64,000 bases of DNA, from assembly GCF_963921235.1 (NCBI RefSeq), contig NC_086108.1:86244001-86308000 (forward strand), read 5' to 3'. The stretch is from Mobula hypostoma. Its lineage: Eukaryota. The first letter of the stretch is position 1; each line of letters starts with the position of its first letter. A model generated the notes under the pieces. It was not told the origin of the DNA and made no database searches. It saw nothing but the letters and a program-made list of their open reading frames with translations. Of the stretch, positions 48,106 to 59,811 are shown one piece after another. Made by a program: the position numbers and the translations under genes.

Positions 48106-48664
48106 TTGTTGATAGCCTTCTTCACTATGAATAGTGCCAGGAGATAATCAGCTTTGGTATTCTTGCTGCCCAGATGGTAGACGAAGGTGAAGTTAAACCA
48201 AGTGAAGAACAGACCCTAACAATGTCTGATGGGAGTTGAGTTGTAGAAGTTCTTGTGACCTGTCAATACAAAAGAAGGATGCTCTGCTCCCTCCAGCCAA
48301 TATCCCAAACTTCCGAGGTTTTCTTTATAGCCAGAAAGTCTTGGTTCCTGACATCATAGTTACATTCAGTGGAGTCAGGTGATGCGGAAGAAAGCCACAA
48401 AGATGCAGCAAGTTATCCACGGAAGAGCAGTAGGACAATACAGTTCCAATGCTGACATCTAATGTATCCACCTGAATGGTGATGACTGGATGGAATGGGT
48501 TTGGGTGTTGCAGCACTGGGGCAGTGGTGAAACGTCTCTTTAGCTCTGAGAAAGCTTGATCTGCTTCACTTGTCGAATGGAATCCTGCAGAGGCTTTCTT
48601 GGTGAGTGCATTTATGGTAGCCATGATTGAACTGAAGTTTCTGGCAAAGCGGCGATAAATGTTT

Positions 48665-49480
48665 GACTATAAGACCATAGACATAGGAGCAGAATTAGGC
48701 CATTTGGCCCATTGAGTCTGCTCTGCATGGCTGCTCCTTTTATTTCCTCCTCCTCAACCCAAGTTCCCAGCCTTCTCCCCATAATCTTTGATGCCATGAG
48801 CAATCAAGAACCTGCCAATCTCTGCCTTAAATACACCCAACGACCTGGCCTCCACAGCTGCATGTGGCAACAAATTCCATGAATTCACCACCCTCTGGCT
48901 AAAGAAATTCTCTGCATCTCTGTTTTGAATGGATGCTCCTCTATCGTGAGCTGTGTGCTCTTGTCCTAGACTCTCCCACCATAGGAAACATCCTTTCCAT
49001 AGCTACTCTGTCTGGGCCTTTCAACATACAAAGGGTTTCAATGAGATCCCCACTCATCCTTCTAAATTCCAGCTAGTATAGACCCAGAGCTATCAAACGT
49101 TCCTCATATGATAACCCTTTCATTCCTGGAATTATCCTTGTGAACCTCATCTGGACCATCTCCAATGCCAGCACAACTCTTCTAAGATGAGGAGCCCAGA
49201 ACTGTTCACAATACTCAAGGTGAGGCCTCACCAGTGCCTTATAAAGCCTCAGAATCACATTCCTACTATTGTATTCTAGACCTCATGAAATGAATGCTAA
49301 CATTGCATTTGCCTTCCTCAGCACTGACCCAACCTGCAAGTTAATCTTTAGGGTGTTCTGCACAAGGACTCCCAAGTCCCCTTGCATCTCAGATTTTTGG
49401 ATTTTTTTCCCCATTTAGAAAATAGTCTGCATATTTATTTCTACTACCAAAGCGCATCACCATGCATTTTCAAACATTCT
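48665..49480 (-). mobile_element. CR1 3' fragment inside Gypsy pol
   Basis: LRLYKALVRPHLEYCEQFWAPH; tail tctatggtcttatagtc. Confidence 0.9.
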
Positions 49481-49544
49481 GCATGCTTCATGTCTTTCTG
49501 TCAAGAGCAGGAATAGATCAGAATGTCTTTCAAATACACCAAAA

Positions 49545-49663
49545 GTCAAGTCAGGTCAAGTTTATTGTCATTTAACTATAAACATATTTAACCATATAAT
49601 GTATATAGAAAAAGGCCAAGATTTCTTTGAACCAGCGTATAAAGCACAGTAGTAGACATAACA
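49545..49663 (-). mobile_element. Rex-type LINE extreme 3' tail
   Basis: aagtcaagtcaggtcaagtttattgtcatttaac, same family as the 43330-43430 tail. Confidence 0.7.
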
Positions 49664-49777
49664 AGCTGGATTGCATGTATACGTATATTCATCTGCGGAC
49701 CGCTGAGATCAGCTTGTTCTTGCTGATAATATCCTTGCAGCATCTTTTTACAGGACCTGTCACTCAGGGACTTGAGC

Positions 49778-49804
<27 letters not shown>
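49778..49804. repeat. (TA)n microsatellite
   Basis: Direct read. Confidence 0.95.
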
Positions 49805-49808
<4 letters not shown>

Positions 49809-49830
49809 CTGTGTATGACTATATGTTTAA

Positions 49831-50253
49831 CGTTGATTCATTTGGATGCATTCGTGGGAATTCATGTATAGTTTAATGATAATTAAAGTTAAACTTGGAC
49901 TTGAGCTTTTATCCTGATGCTCTGAACAGCCCTCTTGTATGATCAGGTGGACCCTTGACCTCACAATCTAACTCATCATGACCTCATTGTCTACCTGAAC
50001 TGCATCTTCTTTTTTGTGATTATAACACTCTATCGAGTCAAATCAAATTCATTGTCATTTAACTATATACATTTCTATATATATTGTATATAGAAATGAG
50101 ACATTTCCCAAACCAGGGTGTAAAGCACAGTAGTACACATAACACACATTAAACACAATATCTTATGAAGGCAAGGATAAAATTTACAGATGACTCACAC
50201 ATCAATAACAAACTAAAGTGCATAAATTAAATATTGTTAAGTACCGAACAGAT
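49831..50253 (-). repeat. Inverted duplicate of the TE mosaic at 43211-43635
   Basis: Reverse-complement match that runs across two TE-TE junctions. Confidence 0.85.
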
Positions 50254-50281
50254 CCCCTTCTTGGAAACAAACCTGGTTTTA

Positions 50282-50346
50282 AGCATCACACATAAAAGTT
50301 GCTGGTGAACGCAGCAGGCCAGGCAGCATCTCTAGGAAGAGGTGCA
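50282..50346 (-). mobile_element. 65-bp PLE terminal fragment lacking the hammerhead
   Basis: Nearly identical to 29562-29626. Confidence 0.85.
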
Positions 50347-52481
50347 AAACCTCATGTGGATCATGTGGATTTATCTTGGAGAACATGATTGCTCCTTGGA
50401 GATGTTCAAAAGCAGAGGCAAGCAGGGAAAGAGGGTAACAGTTCTTCACTGTGATGTTCTTGAAGGGTTGATAATCAACAGGGATAAAGCTTGCCATCTT
50501 TATTGCTCACAAAAAAGAATGCACACCCCTGCTTGCGAGGTTGATGGACGTATAAAGGCGAATGTCTCTTTAATGTATTCTTCCATAGCCACCATTTCTA
50601 GACTAGAGAGAGAACAGAGCTGGCCCAGGGAGGACTAATGCCATGTAATGAGTCAGTAGTGTAGTTGCATGGTGGATGTGGAGGCAGGGAGGTGGCTTTG
50701 TTTATACTGAAGACCTCAACAAGATCAGTATATTCAGCCAGAACACCATGCAGGACCATACTAGCAGTTGGCACAGGAGGAGATACACTGACTGGGTCTT
50801 GAGCTGGGCACAGACAGGTAGACAGATGTGCCAGCCCCCTCTTGGAGTGCCTTTGGGTACTAGTTAATCTGTGGGTTATGTCAAGATAGCCAGGTAAGGC
50901 CAAGCACCAGTGGCAGTTCAGGGGAATCAACAAGATAGGAGCACTACTTCCTATGGTTGCCTTCTAGTACTAGTTGGAGGAGCTCTGTGGAAACGTGGAT
51001 CTTGCCAGTGCCCAGAGTTTGCCCATCCAGAGCTTTCACATTGATATTCTCTCCCAATTGCTGAGCTGGAACTCTCCATCTTTGAACCACAGAAATATCC
51101 ATGAGGTTCCCAGCTGCTCCAGAGTCAATTATTGCCAGAAGCTCATGAATCTGGGACCTCTACAAGGAAGCTGGGAGCACTATGTGATTAGGGGATGGCG
51201 ATTAGACCCATCGGAATTCCCCTTCCTGCTGATGGGTAACCTCTTTAACTGGGCGTTTGGGACATGCTGCCCGGAAGTGTCCTGGATCACCACAGCAGAG
51301 GCAGCAACCTGTTCTCCTGTGCTGATCTCAATCCTCCTGAGGTTAGTGCATGCACCCCACCTGCATAGGCTTCTCCGTGGACTGGGTTCTGGGTGATGAG
51401 GGAGAGGGTGAGACAGAATGGTATCTAAAGAGTAAGAAATTCAGGACATTCTTTCTCTGTGCCACTCATTGTCTGGTTGTCAACTCGAATGGCCTGATTT
51501 ATTAGGTCCAGCTCGTCATGCACTGTGACTTCATGCTGAACCCCTACACTCAGCCCATGGTAGAAAACAGTGATGAAGGATCTCTCATTCCACTCCATCT
51601 CAACTGCAAGCATATGGAACTTCATTGCATAGTGCCACACTCTTCCCTTCCCTTGGTGCAGGTCCAGGAGTTGATGGGCAGCCTCCCGATCCTGTACTGG
51701 AAGATCAAACACTCTCTTGAACTCAACCTTGAATTGTTGGAAGGACTGGGCTGCAGGGGAACCGTGTGCTGAATAAGCCAACTGCGGTCCACGTAACAGG
51801 TTCACCATGTATGCCAGCTTACACGCTGATCAACAAACTGATCAGGTCGGGCCTGGAAGGTCGGCTCACACTGGGTAATAAAGTCCCAGCAGTTGTCAGG
51901 GTCACTGGAATATCTGCCTGGTGGAGGAATACTCAGTTCTGGTACAAACATGGTTTTGGGAGTCCAGGCATTAGCGGTTGAGGTTGTTGAGGTGTTTGAC
52001 GAGGAGGCTCCGGGAGATGCTGGAAGTGGGACTGTTATGGCTAAAGGCTGCTAAATTAACACAGTGAGAGTGGTAATGGCTGCCACCTGACTCTGCCTGT
52101 CAGTAGAAAGCTGCTGAACTGCAGCCGTGAGAGTAGTAATTGCTGCTTCCTGATTCTGGCTGTATAAGTGAGTTGGCAAATTGTCACTGTGAGGGCTGGC
52201 ACTGCGTGAGCTGGGACTGGGCTTGTTGCTCTGAAAGTTGCTGTTGCGCTGTGTGAAAAATGTCGGCCAATCTAACTTCTGCCGATTTTAGGTTCTCCTC
52301 CACAAACTTCGGTTTGGACTGGGTTTGCCATTCTCAAAGGAGCTGTCACATCGCTTCTGTCACTTCTCCCAACACAGCTTCCACTGATTGTAGCTTCTCT
52401 CCTATCTGACCAATGAATGCTAGAGCCAAGATCAGCTGTTCTCTCTCTGCTGGGTCGATTTTCTTGTTGGTTGAGACATAC

Positions 52482-52908
52482 TGACAGAAATATGCAGTTA
52501 TGGCCAAATGCAGAAGGAGAGACACTGAAGCAAATTCATAAACTTTTAATAAGAACTGTACAGAAATAAAGGAAAAACAATAAATGCAAGGCCAACAGGC
52601 CTGTTAACAAAAACTCTCAAATTGAACATTAATACCAATACTGCTGCTAGGAAGCAGTAACTTAATATTAAATGAATACCGCTCATTTACAGCGTCAATC
52701 TAAACAGGAGTCTTCTTTCCTAGACAAAGGTAAACTGTGGGCATAGACAGTGCTATGCTTTTGGTCAAGTCTTGACAACACGAATGAGAGGAAGGGAGTT
52801 AAATACCACCAGGACGAAACACTAATTGGCTGGAATTTGCATACTCACGAATGTGATTGTCGAATCCATTCAGCAGCCTGCCTGCAAGGGTGTGTAGACG
52901 CCATGGCA
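52482..52908 (-). repeat. 5' LTR of the chromovirus
   Basis: tgacag...atggca; followed on the minus strand by gtatgtctcaaccaa..atcgacccagca, resembling a short leader and decayed MDPA-type gag start. Confidence 0.82.
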
Positions 52909-53575
52909 TAATCCATAGTTGTGGCAGATATCCTGCAAGATTGCTCCATGTAGATATACTTAACTGAGGGAGGGCTTTACCCTGATAGACTAGGCTATAT
53001 CCACTTCTTTTCATAGTCCTCATTCCCTCTAAATATTCTCTATCCACGTATCTATGGGTCTGGAGACATTTGCAGAGTAGTTGGGAAAGCGCTGTGGATC
53101 TTCTCCTCCTTAATCCAAACCCCAGCGTTGTGCTGTCACATATCCCAAATCCTTGCTCTCTGGAAGGACAGATGTTGCTCAGGTGACTGCTGGCCAGAAT
53201 GAATTAAAATCTGCCAAATAACGAGCAAGAAGGATGCAAGGACAGTGGAAGCAGACAAAGCAAATATCTTTGTTCTTGCCATGTGGTTGAAGGACAGAGG
53301 TTCCATTTTGTATGTCTGTTTTTCTGCTACCATTTTGTGTAATGCACAGGGTTGGCTCAATTAGAGCAACTGAAAGTGGAGACAACGAGTTTCCGACTGA
53401 TGATCTGCTGTACCCAAATATGAAGCTGTTAATTTGGTTATTAAAAATATCAGGCTTGTAGAAAGAACAGCCTGTGAACTGCAATAACTTGAGTCCCGTG
53501 TTTGGCTGGTCTGCGTTGGAATAAACAAAGGAAGTTACCTGAGGCACAAGTCTGGGGGAGGAGCCATAAAGTGAA

Positions 53576-53675
53576 ACTGCTGATGAAGGGTCTCAGCCAA
53601 AAATGTTGACTGTTTACTCCTTTTCATAAATGCTGCCTGGCCTGCCGAGTTCCTCCAGCATTTTGTGTGTGTTGC
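53576..53675 (+). mobile_element. 100-bp PLE terminal fragment starting at a hammerhead motif
   Basis: CTGATGA a gggtctcagcca AAAA tg TT gactg ... gagttcctccagcattttgtgtgtgttgc; G12>A. Confidence 0.82.
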
Positions 53676-56098
53676 AAATAATACTGTTCGTAGCCTTGGG
53701 CCAGAACGAATGAGAAGCTGACATAGGTCAGTCAGATGAGCCTGAGCCAATGAAATTGAAACATAACTGATTAATTTGATAAGGAAAAGGTTAAGAATGA
53801 AGAATTTTGGTAGTGGAGACAGCAACAATGCTGGAGATCAAACACAGCAGAAGTGGATGACTCATGACAAAAATGTGAATATTTATCAGAATTAAAAGGA
53901 ACTCCTGGCCGGCTCAGACTGCTTTTTCCAGGCATTTCCTTTTCTATGCTTCAGAGAGGGGCAAGGGAAACCTTGTTGGTGTGAACATCGGTATTTAGAT
54001 TTGTATAATTTGCATGCTTGTTCAGTGAGCCAATAAAGGTATTTGTCAGTACATCCAGATAACTGATTATCATTGTTATCATTCTGCAGTAGCTGCAACA
54101 TTACTGTTGCCTACAGTTGAAAGGGACAAGAGATGGTAAGTGGGAGAAGATCTTTGCCTGGACAGCAGGTTCTTGATCCTGGTCAGCATGTCCAATGCCT
54201 ATATTTTTTTTTCTTTTGTCTAGCATATAAATTCAACCTTCTTTCAATTGTTCTTCTCTGCTTCCTCTGGAACCTGGAAAAAGAGAGGGATAGAGAGGGA
54301 TGCTCCTTGGTATACATAGGCAGAGGCAAAACTCAATCTCATTTGTAGCTGTGTCATGAGGAGAGAATTAATGCATTAGGTCAAGGACACTTCATCGTAA
54401 ATGCACCTGCTGGGTTCTCCTGACATATTCTGCTTTTATTTTGGATTTTGAGCAGGTGCAGATTGCTATAATTGCTGTTCTCTATGCAATCACAGATAAG
54501 AGATGGGCAGCAACTTTAAAAAAATCACTATTTTAGTCATTAAAACAAGACAATAAACAAGAAACAGGATTGAGAGAAGCTGCTACAACCACCTAGTGAA
54601 TTCCTCTTTGAAGAAAGAAGAAACAACGTTGTTTACTTTAAATCATTTAATGCAGAGAAATATTGAATGCAGGATTCTCAAGACATGATAGTTGCAGTTC
54701 CTTTGTGGATAGATTTCAATGATGTTTAACATTGGTTTTGGATCCACGGATTCCAATGTGAAATCTATGTATTGTGCAATGACCAATCTATAGGGTAAAT
54801 TCAGAACAACACAAGCATTATTCAAAATTGTGGGCAGAAGAGTGAGCAGAGGTTTGGTGAACCAATGGGAAGGACACAGCAAAATGAATATCAATAAAAT
54901 AGCATGAATTCTGTTAGTAATACAAGCTAATAAATTTAAACCAAAATACAGGCATTTCAGATGCTTCAAGGTATCTATTTAAAAGAAGATTATGCTTTAC
55001 GATTGTGGTTAAATTTTACTTTGTTGAAATAATGAAGTTATTTAAAATTAAAACTCGGTAAATTTTCAGAATGGCATTAGTGTGGAGTTGTAATAGCATT
55101 TATCATTAATTATTGATTTCTTGTGTGTCAGGTTTGCACTAATGTCCATCAGTTCATAATATACAGCTTCATTAAAAACAATGGGGTGAATTGTAAAATT
55201 CTTGAATATGTACAGAAGATGACAATAGACAATTAATTCCCATGCAGGCAGATTGCTGCCTTTGTGTTGCTTGTATCCTGACATGATTGTTGTGTAAAGT
55301 CTTGGCTAACCATTCAGTTCAAAGACTGCAGACTTCAGCCGAGATTTAGATTTTGTCAGCAGCACCTATCACTTAGAGTTAGCTCACACTACTTAAAGCA
55401 GGACAGTCCTTATTAAAAGTAAGACACATTAAGGCAACAGCAATTAGTAACCAGCAATTGGGTAAGGCTTGTCAGGAGACAAAATGCTTAGTGGATATAG
55501 CTACATTGAGTGGAATGGTTGATAATGTTACAAAGAAAAAATGGTAAACCATAGATTAGATAATTTTAAAAATGAGAAGAAAGATGACTGAACATTAGCT
55601 GCCACTTTGGAGCCCCAGGGACACTCAGGGTGTCCAATAAGTGAGTGTAGCCAAACCCATTTCTCATCAATATGTTCATAAAAATGGTGACAACTGCAAA
55701 TTTGCAAACAACACTTAAATATAAAAATTGTAGTCTATAAAAGCATGTAAAATTGCCACAAGAAAACTGATTTTCTCAGCTGTAAAAAAGTATGTTCAGA
55801 GCTTTTCACTTTACCTATTTCTTGCAAAAACAATCCGTGTAAAGACTTCCAGAAATAAGAAAATACTAATTAGTGCTTGTTGCATTCGAGGGTCCTGAGC
55901 TAGAGTGTGGGGGAAGTTTGTGCATGCCCTAATTCCCTTCCTTGAGCCTACTTTGGTTAAATGAATTTTTGTAAGGCACTATATTAGAAATTCTGAATCA
56001 GAATCAGAATCAGGAATAACTAGCATGTGTAATGAAATTTGTATGATGCAATACATGATAATAGAGCTACAAACTGAATTACAGTAAATGTATATGTA

Positions 56099-58119
56099 CA
56101 GTATATACATAAGTATTTACCCCCTTCAAGTCAGTATTTAGTAGATGCATCTTTGGCAGCAATTACAGCCTTGAGTTTGTGTAGATAGGTCTCTATCAGC
56201 ATTGCACATCTGGACTCTGCAATGTATTACCATTCTTCTTTACAAAAATGCTCAGGCTCTGTTAGATTTCATGAGGATCATGAGTGAACAGCCCTTTTCA
56301 AGTCCAGCCACAAATTCTCAATTGGATTGAGCTGTTCCTGACTTGGCCACTCCAAGACATTAACTTTGTTATTTTTAAGCCATTCCTGTTTAGCTTTGGC
56401 TTTATGCTAGAAAACAAATCTTATCCCAAGTTACAGTTCTCTTGTGGACTGCATCAGGTTTTCCTCAGGATTTCCCCGTATTTTGCGGCATTCATTTTAC
56501 CTTCTACCTTCACAAGCCTTCCAGAGCCTGCTGCAGTGAAGCATCCCCACAGCATGAGCAACCACCACCATGCTTCACGGTAGGGATGGTGTGTTTTTGA
56601 TGATTTACGCCAAAAATAGTGTTTAGTCTGATGGTGGAAGACTCAATTTTGGTTTCATCAGACCATAGAAACTTCTTCCAGCTGAGATCAGAGTCTCCCA
56701 CGTGCTCAGAGTCTCCCACGTGCCTTCTGGCAAACTTAAACCGAGATTTCATGTGAGTTTTTTACAACAGTGGCTTTCTCTTTGCCACTCTCCCATTAAG
56801 CTGCGACTGGTGAAGCACCCGGGCAAAGTTGTATGCGTAGTCTCTCGCAACTCAGCTACTGAAGCTTGTAACTCCTCCAGAGTTGTCATAGGTCTCTTGG
56901 TGGGCTCCCTCACTAGTCCCCTTCTTGCATGGTCACTTAGTTTTTGAGGATGGCCTGCTCTGGACAGATTTACAGCTGTACCATATTCTTTCCATTTCTT
57001 GATGATTGACTTAACTGTACTCCAAGGGATATTCACTGCCTTGGAAATTTTCTTGTATCCATCTCCTGACTTGTACTTTTCAATAACCTTTTCATGGAGT
57101 TGCTTGGCATGTTCTTTTGTCTTCATAGTGTAGTTTTTGCCAGGATATTGACTCACCAGCAGATAGACCTTCCAGATATGGGTTTAATTTTACTACTACA
57201 GTCAATTGAAACACCTTGACTGCACATGGTGATCTCCATTTAACAAATGATGTGACTTCTAAAACCAATTGGCTGCACCAGTGATGATTTAGTGTGTCAT
57301 ATTAAAAAGGGTGAATTCTTATGCAATCAATTATTTTGATAATTAAGGAGGAGAAGCTGGCGGCGCGCCTGCGCGTGCGTAGCCTTCTGGAGAAAATGAT
57401 ATCGTATCTGTTAAATGGGGCCGTGGACAATTCTGATTTGATGGAGAATGGACGTGAAAGCACAGAGGAACTTCTGGAGAAATTTCTGAAATGCCCGTTT
57501 GCTGCTGTCGTTACTGTGTGGTCGGGAATCTTTCCGAGGGTAGGCCTCAAAATTGCCTGTTTTTGATAACCGAGAAGGAGGTCAAAGTGTTTGGACAGAG
57601 TTGACGCTCAGTACTCGGTGTTAGAGAGCTGATCAGAATTCAAAGTTTTCAGATGTCTCCGAGTTGGATTGTGGTCGGCATGGCAGGGAGAGTTTTTCTT
57701 CCTTCTCCCATCTGCATGAGATGTGGGACATTTGAGAAACTTTGAACTTTACTGTGCTCACGGACTTCTTCATCAAGTTATGGTATTGTTACACTGTTTG
57801 TAACTGTATGTTATAATTATGTGGTTTTGTCAGTTTTTTCATTCTTGATTTGTCCTCTGTTCTGTGATATCACACCGGAGGAAATAATGTATCATTTCTT
57901 AATGCATGCATTACTAAATGACAATAAAAGAGGACTACGTGTCTTCATAATCGTAATTAAGTTAGCTCACTTTGTAGAGATCTCTTTTCACTGTGACATG
58001 AAAGAGTCTTTTTATTTTGATCAGTGTCAAAAAAGCCAAATTAAATCCACTGTGATTCAATATTGTAAAACAATAAACATGAAAACTTGGGGGGGGGGGG
58101 ATACTTTTTATAGGCACTA
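56099..58119 (-). mobile_element. Tc1 transposon with a decayed transposase
   Basis: ORF 56749-57156 (MKTKEH..GYKKISKAVNIPWSTVKSIIKKWKEYGT, paired-like HTH); ORF 56510-56752 (WSDETKIE, PTVKHGGG); right end atactttttataggcact; left end keeps only a DR-like aagtatttaccccc. Confidence 0.9.
57348..57953 (+). mobile_element. 606-bp non-autonomous retroposon in the Tc1 terminal repeat
   Basis: 8-bp TSD taattaag at 57340-57347 and 57954-57961; CpG-rich head gaggagaagctggcggcgcgc; Rex-like tail ctaaatgacaataaa. Confidence 0.8.
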
Positions 58120-59409
58120 CGTAATGGATATAATGGTTAAATTAAGTAAGTAGTACAAAAGAGGAAATAAAATATTAGTGAGATAGTGTTCATGGGTCCA
58201 ATGTCCCTTCAGAAATCAGGTGACAGAGGGAAAGAGCTGTTCCTGAATCATCAAGTGTGTGCCTTCACATTTCTGTACTTCCTTCATGATGGTAGCAATG
58301 AGAAGAGGGCACATCTTGGGTTGTGGGACATGCCCTTTTCTCATTGCCACAGTCAGGAATATTTAACTTAATCTGGTTGCTTCAACAAAGCAAACTGAAA
58401 CAGATTCACATTCAAATATTGAAAATGATAGCTAGACGTCCCAGGCAAATTCTGTTTTGTAAGTTAATTTTTTGGTATCTTTTTGGCATTAGACCTGCAA
58501 TCCTGTCAATGACTTTTGGGCTTCAGAAAGTCAACAGAACACTTTAATTTCTCTTTTGAACAAATGTGGCACTTTAGATCCCTTAAGATGTGTGCATGGG
58601 TGTTATTGCAGACATGCATTTGAGAAATGCAGTTATCTTTCCTGTGATCGCCACATTATCTGCATATTGAGGGCATAGTTATAAGAAAGGAGACTGAATA
58701 CTTTGTTGTGAGAGTACATGCAGTGCCACCGTTTATCTGGAGAAATGATTGATTACAGAATCTAATGATGAATTCAAATAGCCTCTTCTTTTGTTTTTGT
58801 GTTCCAAATGAAGTCAGTGTAGGCAGCCTCCATGCACTCCACTGGTGATTTCATATCTGTTACATAAAGTTAATACAGAGCAAGTCATATCCTAGTTATT
58901 ACTTAACACTAAAAGACAAGCTCTCCTGTGGCCACCATAGCAGTGAGTTAAACTATTCAATACCTTACTAACTTAAATTCCTGAGATCCAATTCACCTTC
59001 AAAGACTTAATTCAGCACCCATCTTTCACAGTCTCTTAGGCAATGTCTCTTGATCTCACTCCCCTGGAATTCTGCCAACTCACTCCTATACTTAAATGGG
59101 AGAAATTAATATGATGTGGGAATAAAGTAAATCCTGAATACATTTGTTCACTTCACATTAATTGCTGGTTAACAAGCAAAATGTCACACTGGGTGTATTA
59201 ATATGCATAAGAAATATTTGCTCCCAGAAGTTTAGAGTGAAAGTAAAACTATGCTAATGGACTATTAATTATACCAGAATATAGTACTATATATTAATGT
59301 ACAATTATTTAGTTCAGATGCATAGAGGAAATTAAAGCTTCAACAGATCTCTATCATATCAACCAACTCTTTGGTTTCCTTTGGTTACAATCTACTGCAA
59401 AAGTTGAAT

Positions 59410-59730
59410 ATAGAATCATGGACATTTTCAGTATTGGAGGTGGACATTCAGTCCATTCTTGTCCATGCTGGCCAAACATGGATTTCAGCTTAATTTTCTT
59501 AGCCTGCAAATTGCAGCTCCACAAGAGCTGGCCAAGGCATTTTCTAGATGAGGTGTGCATTTCCTCCTTTGGTACCCTTTCATATACCAAGTTTCAAAAT
59601 CATACCACTCGAGTGAAGCAGTTTTTTTTCCTCAACTGCACTCTTATTCTTCTGCCAATTAACATATCAAAGTTTCTTTGCGGCTGACTTCCTACTGATG
59701 GAAATAAGTCTTTTTTTTACTCTAAAACAT
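59410..59730 (-). mobile_element. Ancient CR1 3' fragment
   Basis: atagaatcatgga..ggaggtggacattcagtcca..cataccactcgagtgaag..tttcctc. Confidence 0.55.
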
Positions 59731-59811
59731 TTCCGCCTAACTACCAATCAGCACAGGAGCACCTCAGAGATGTGTGCTTAGCTCACTGCTCTAGTTTCTC
59801 AATTTTCAGGA

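Larger units (their letters stand above)
47145..52908 (-). mobile_element. Decayed Ty3/Gypsy chromovirus (sushi-like) with two LTRs
   Basis: Gag 51425-51808; CCHC knuckle CLCCGDPGHFRAAC at ~51263-51305; protease LAIIDSGAAGNLMD at ~51098-51138; RT start (NITVKNCYPLSL..LQGAIMFSKI) at 50350-50500; RNase H link FTTAPVLQHP..VDTLDVSIGTVL at 48325-48624; chromodomain remnant DWEGYGPE at ~47693-47716; PPT at 47596-47606. Confidence 0.9.
55993..58330 (-). mobile_element. Rex1/Babar 3' end split by a Tc1 insertion
   Basis: 55993-56098 ((tctgat)n tail) and 58125-58330 join to match 1082-1398. Confidence 0.75.

Noticed and set aside
51425..51808. PEG10/RTL-like domesticated gag gene
   Set aside because: Lies inside a two-LTR retrotransposon and is frameshifted on both sides; no sign of ORF preservation.
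53395..53480. C/D-box snoRNA or hammerhead suggested by ctgatga
   Set aside because: No D box with a terminal stem at a suitable distance, and no stem II plus GAAA arrangement.
54345..54470. Possible ancient PLE foldback remnant
   Set aside because: Hammerhead core and arms are too decayed to support a call.
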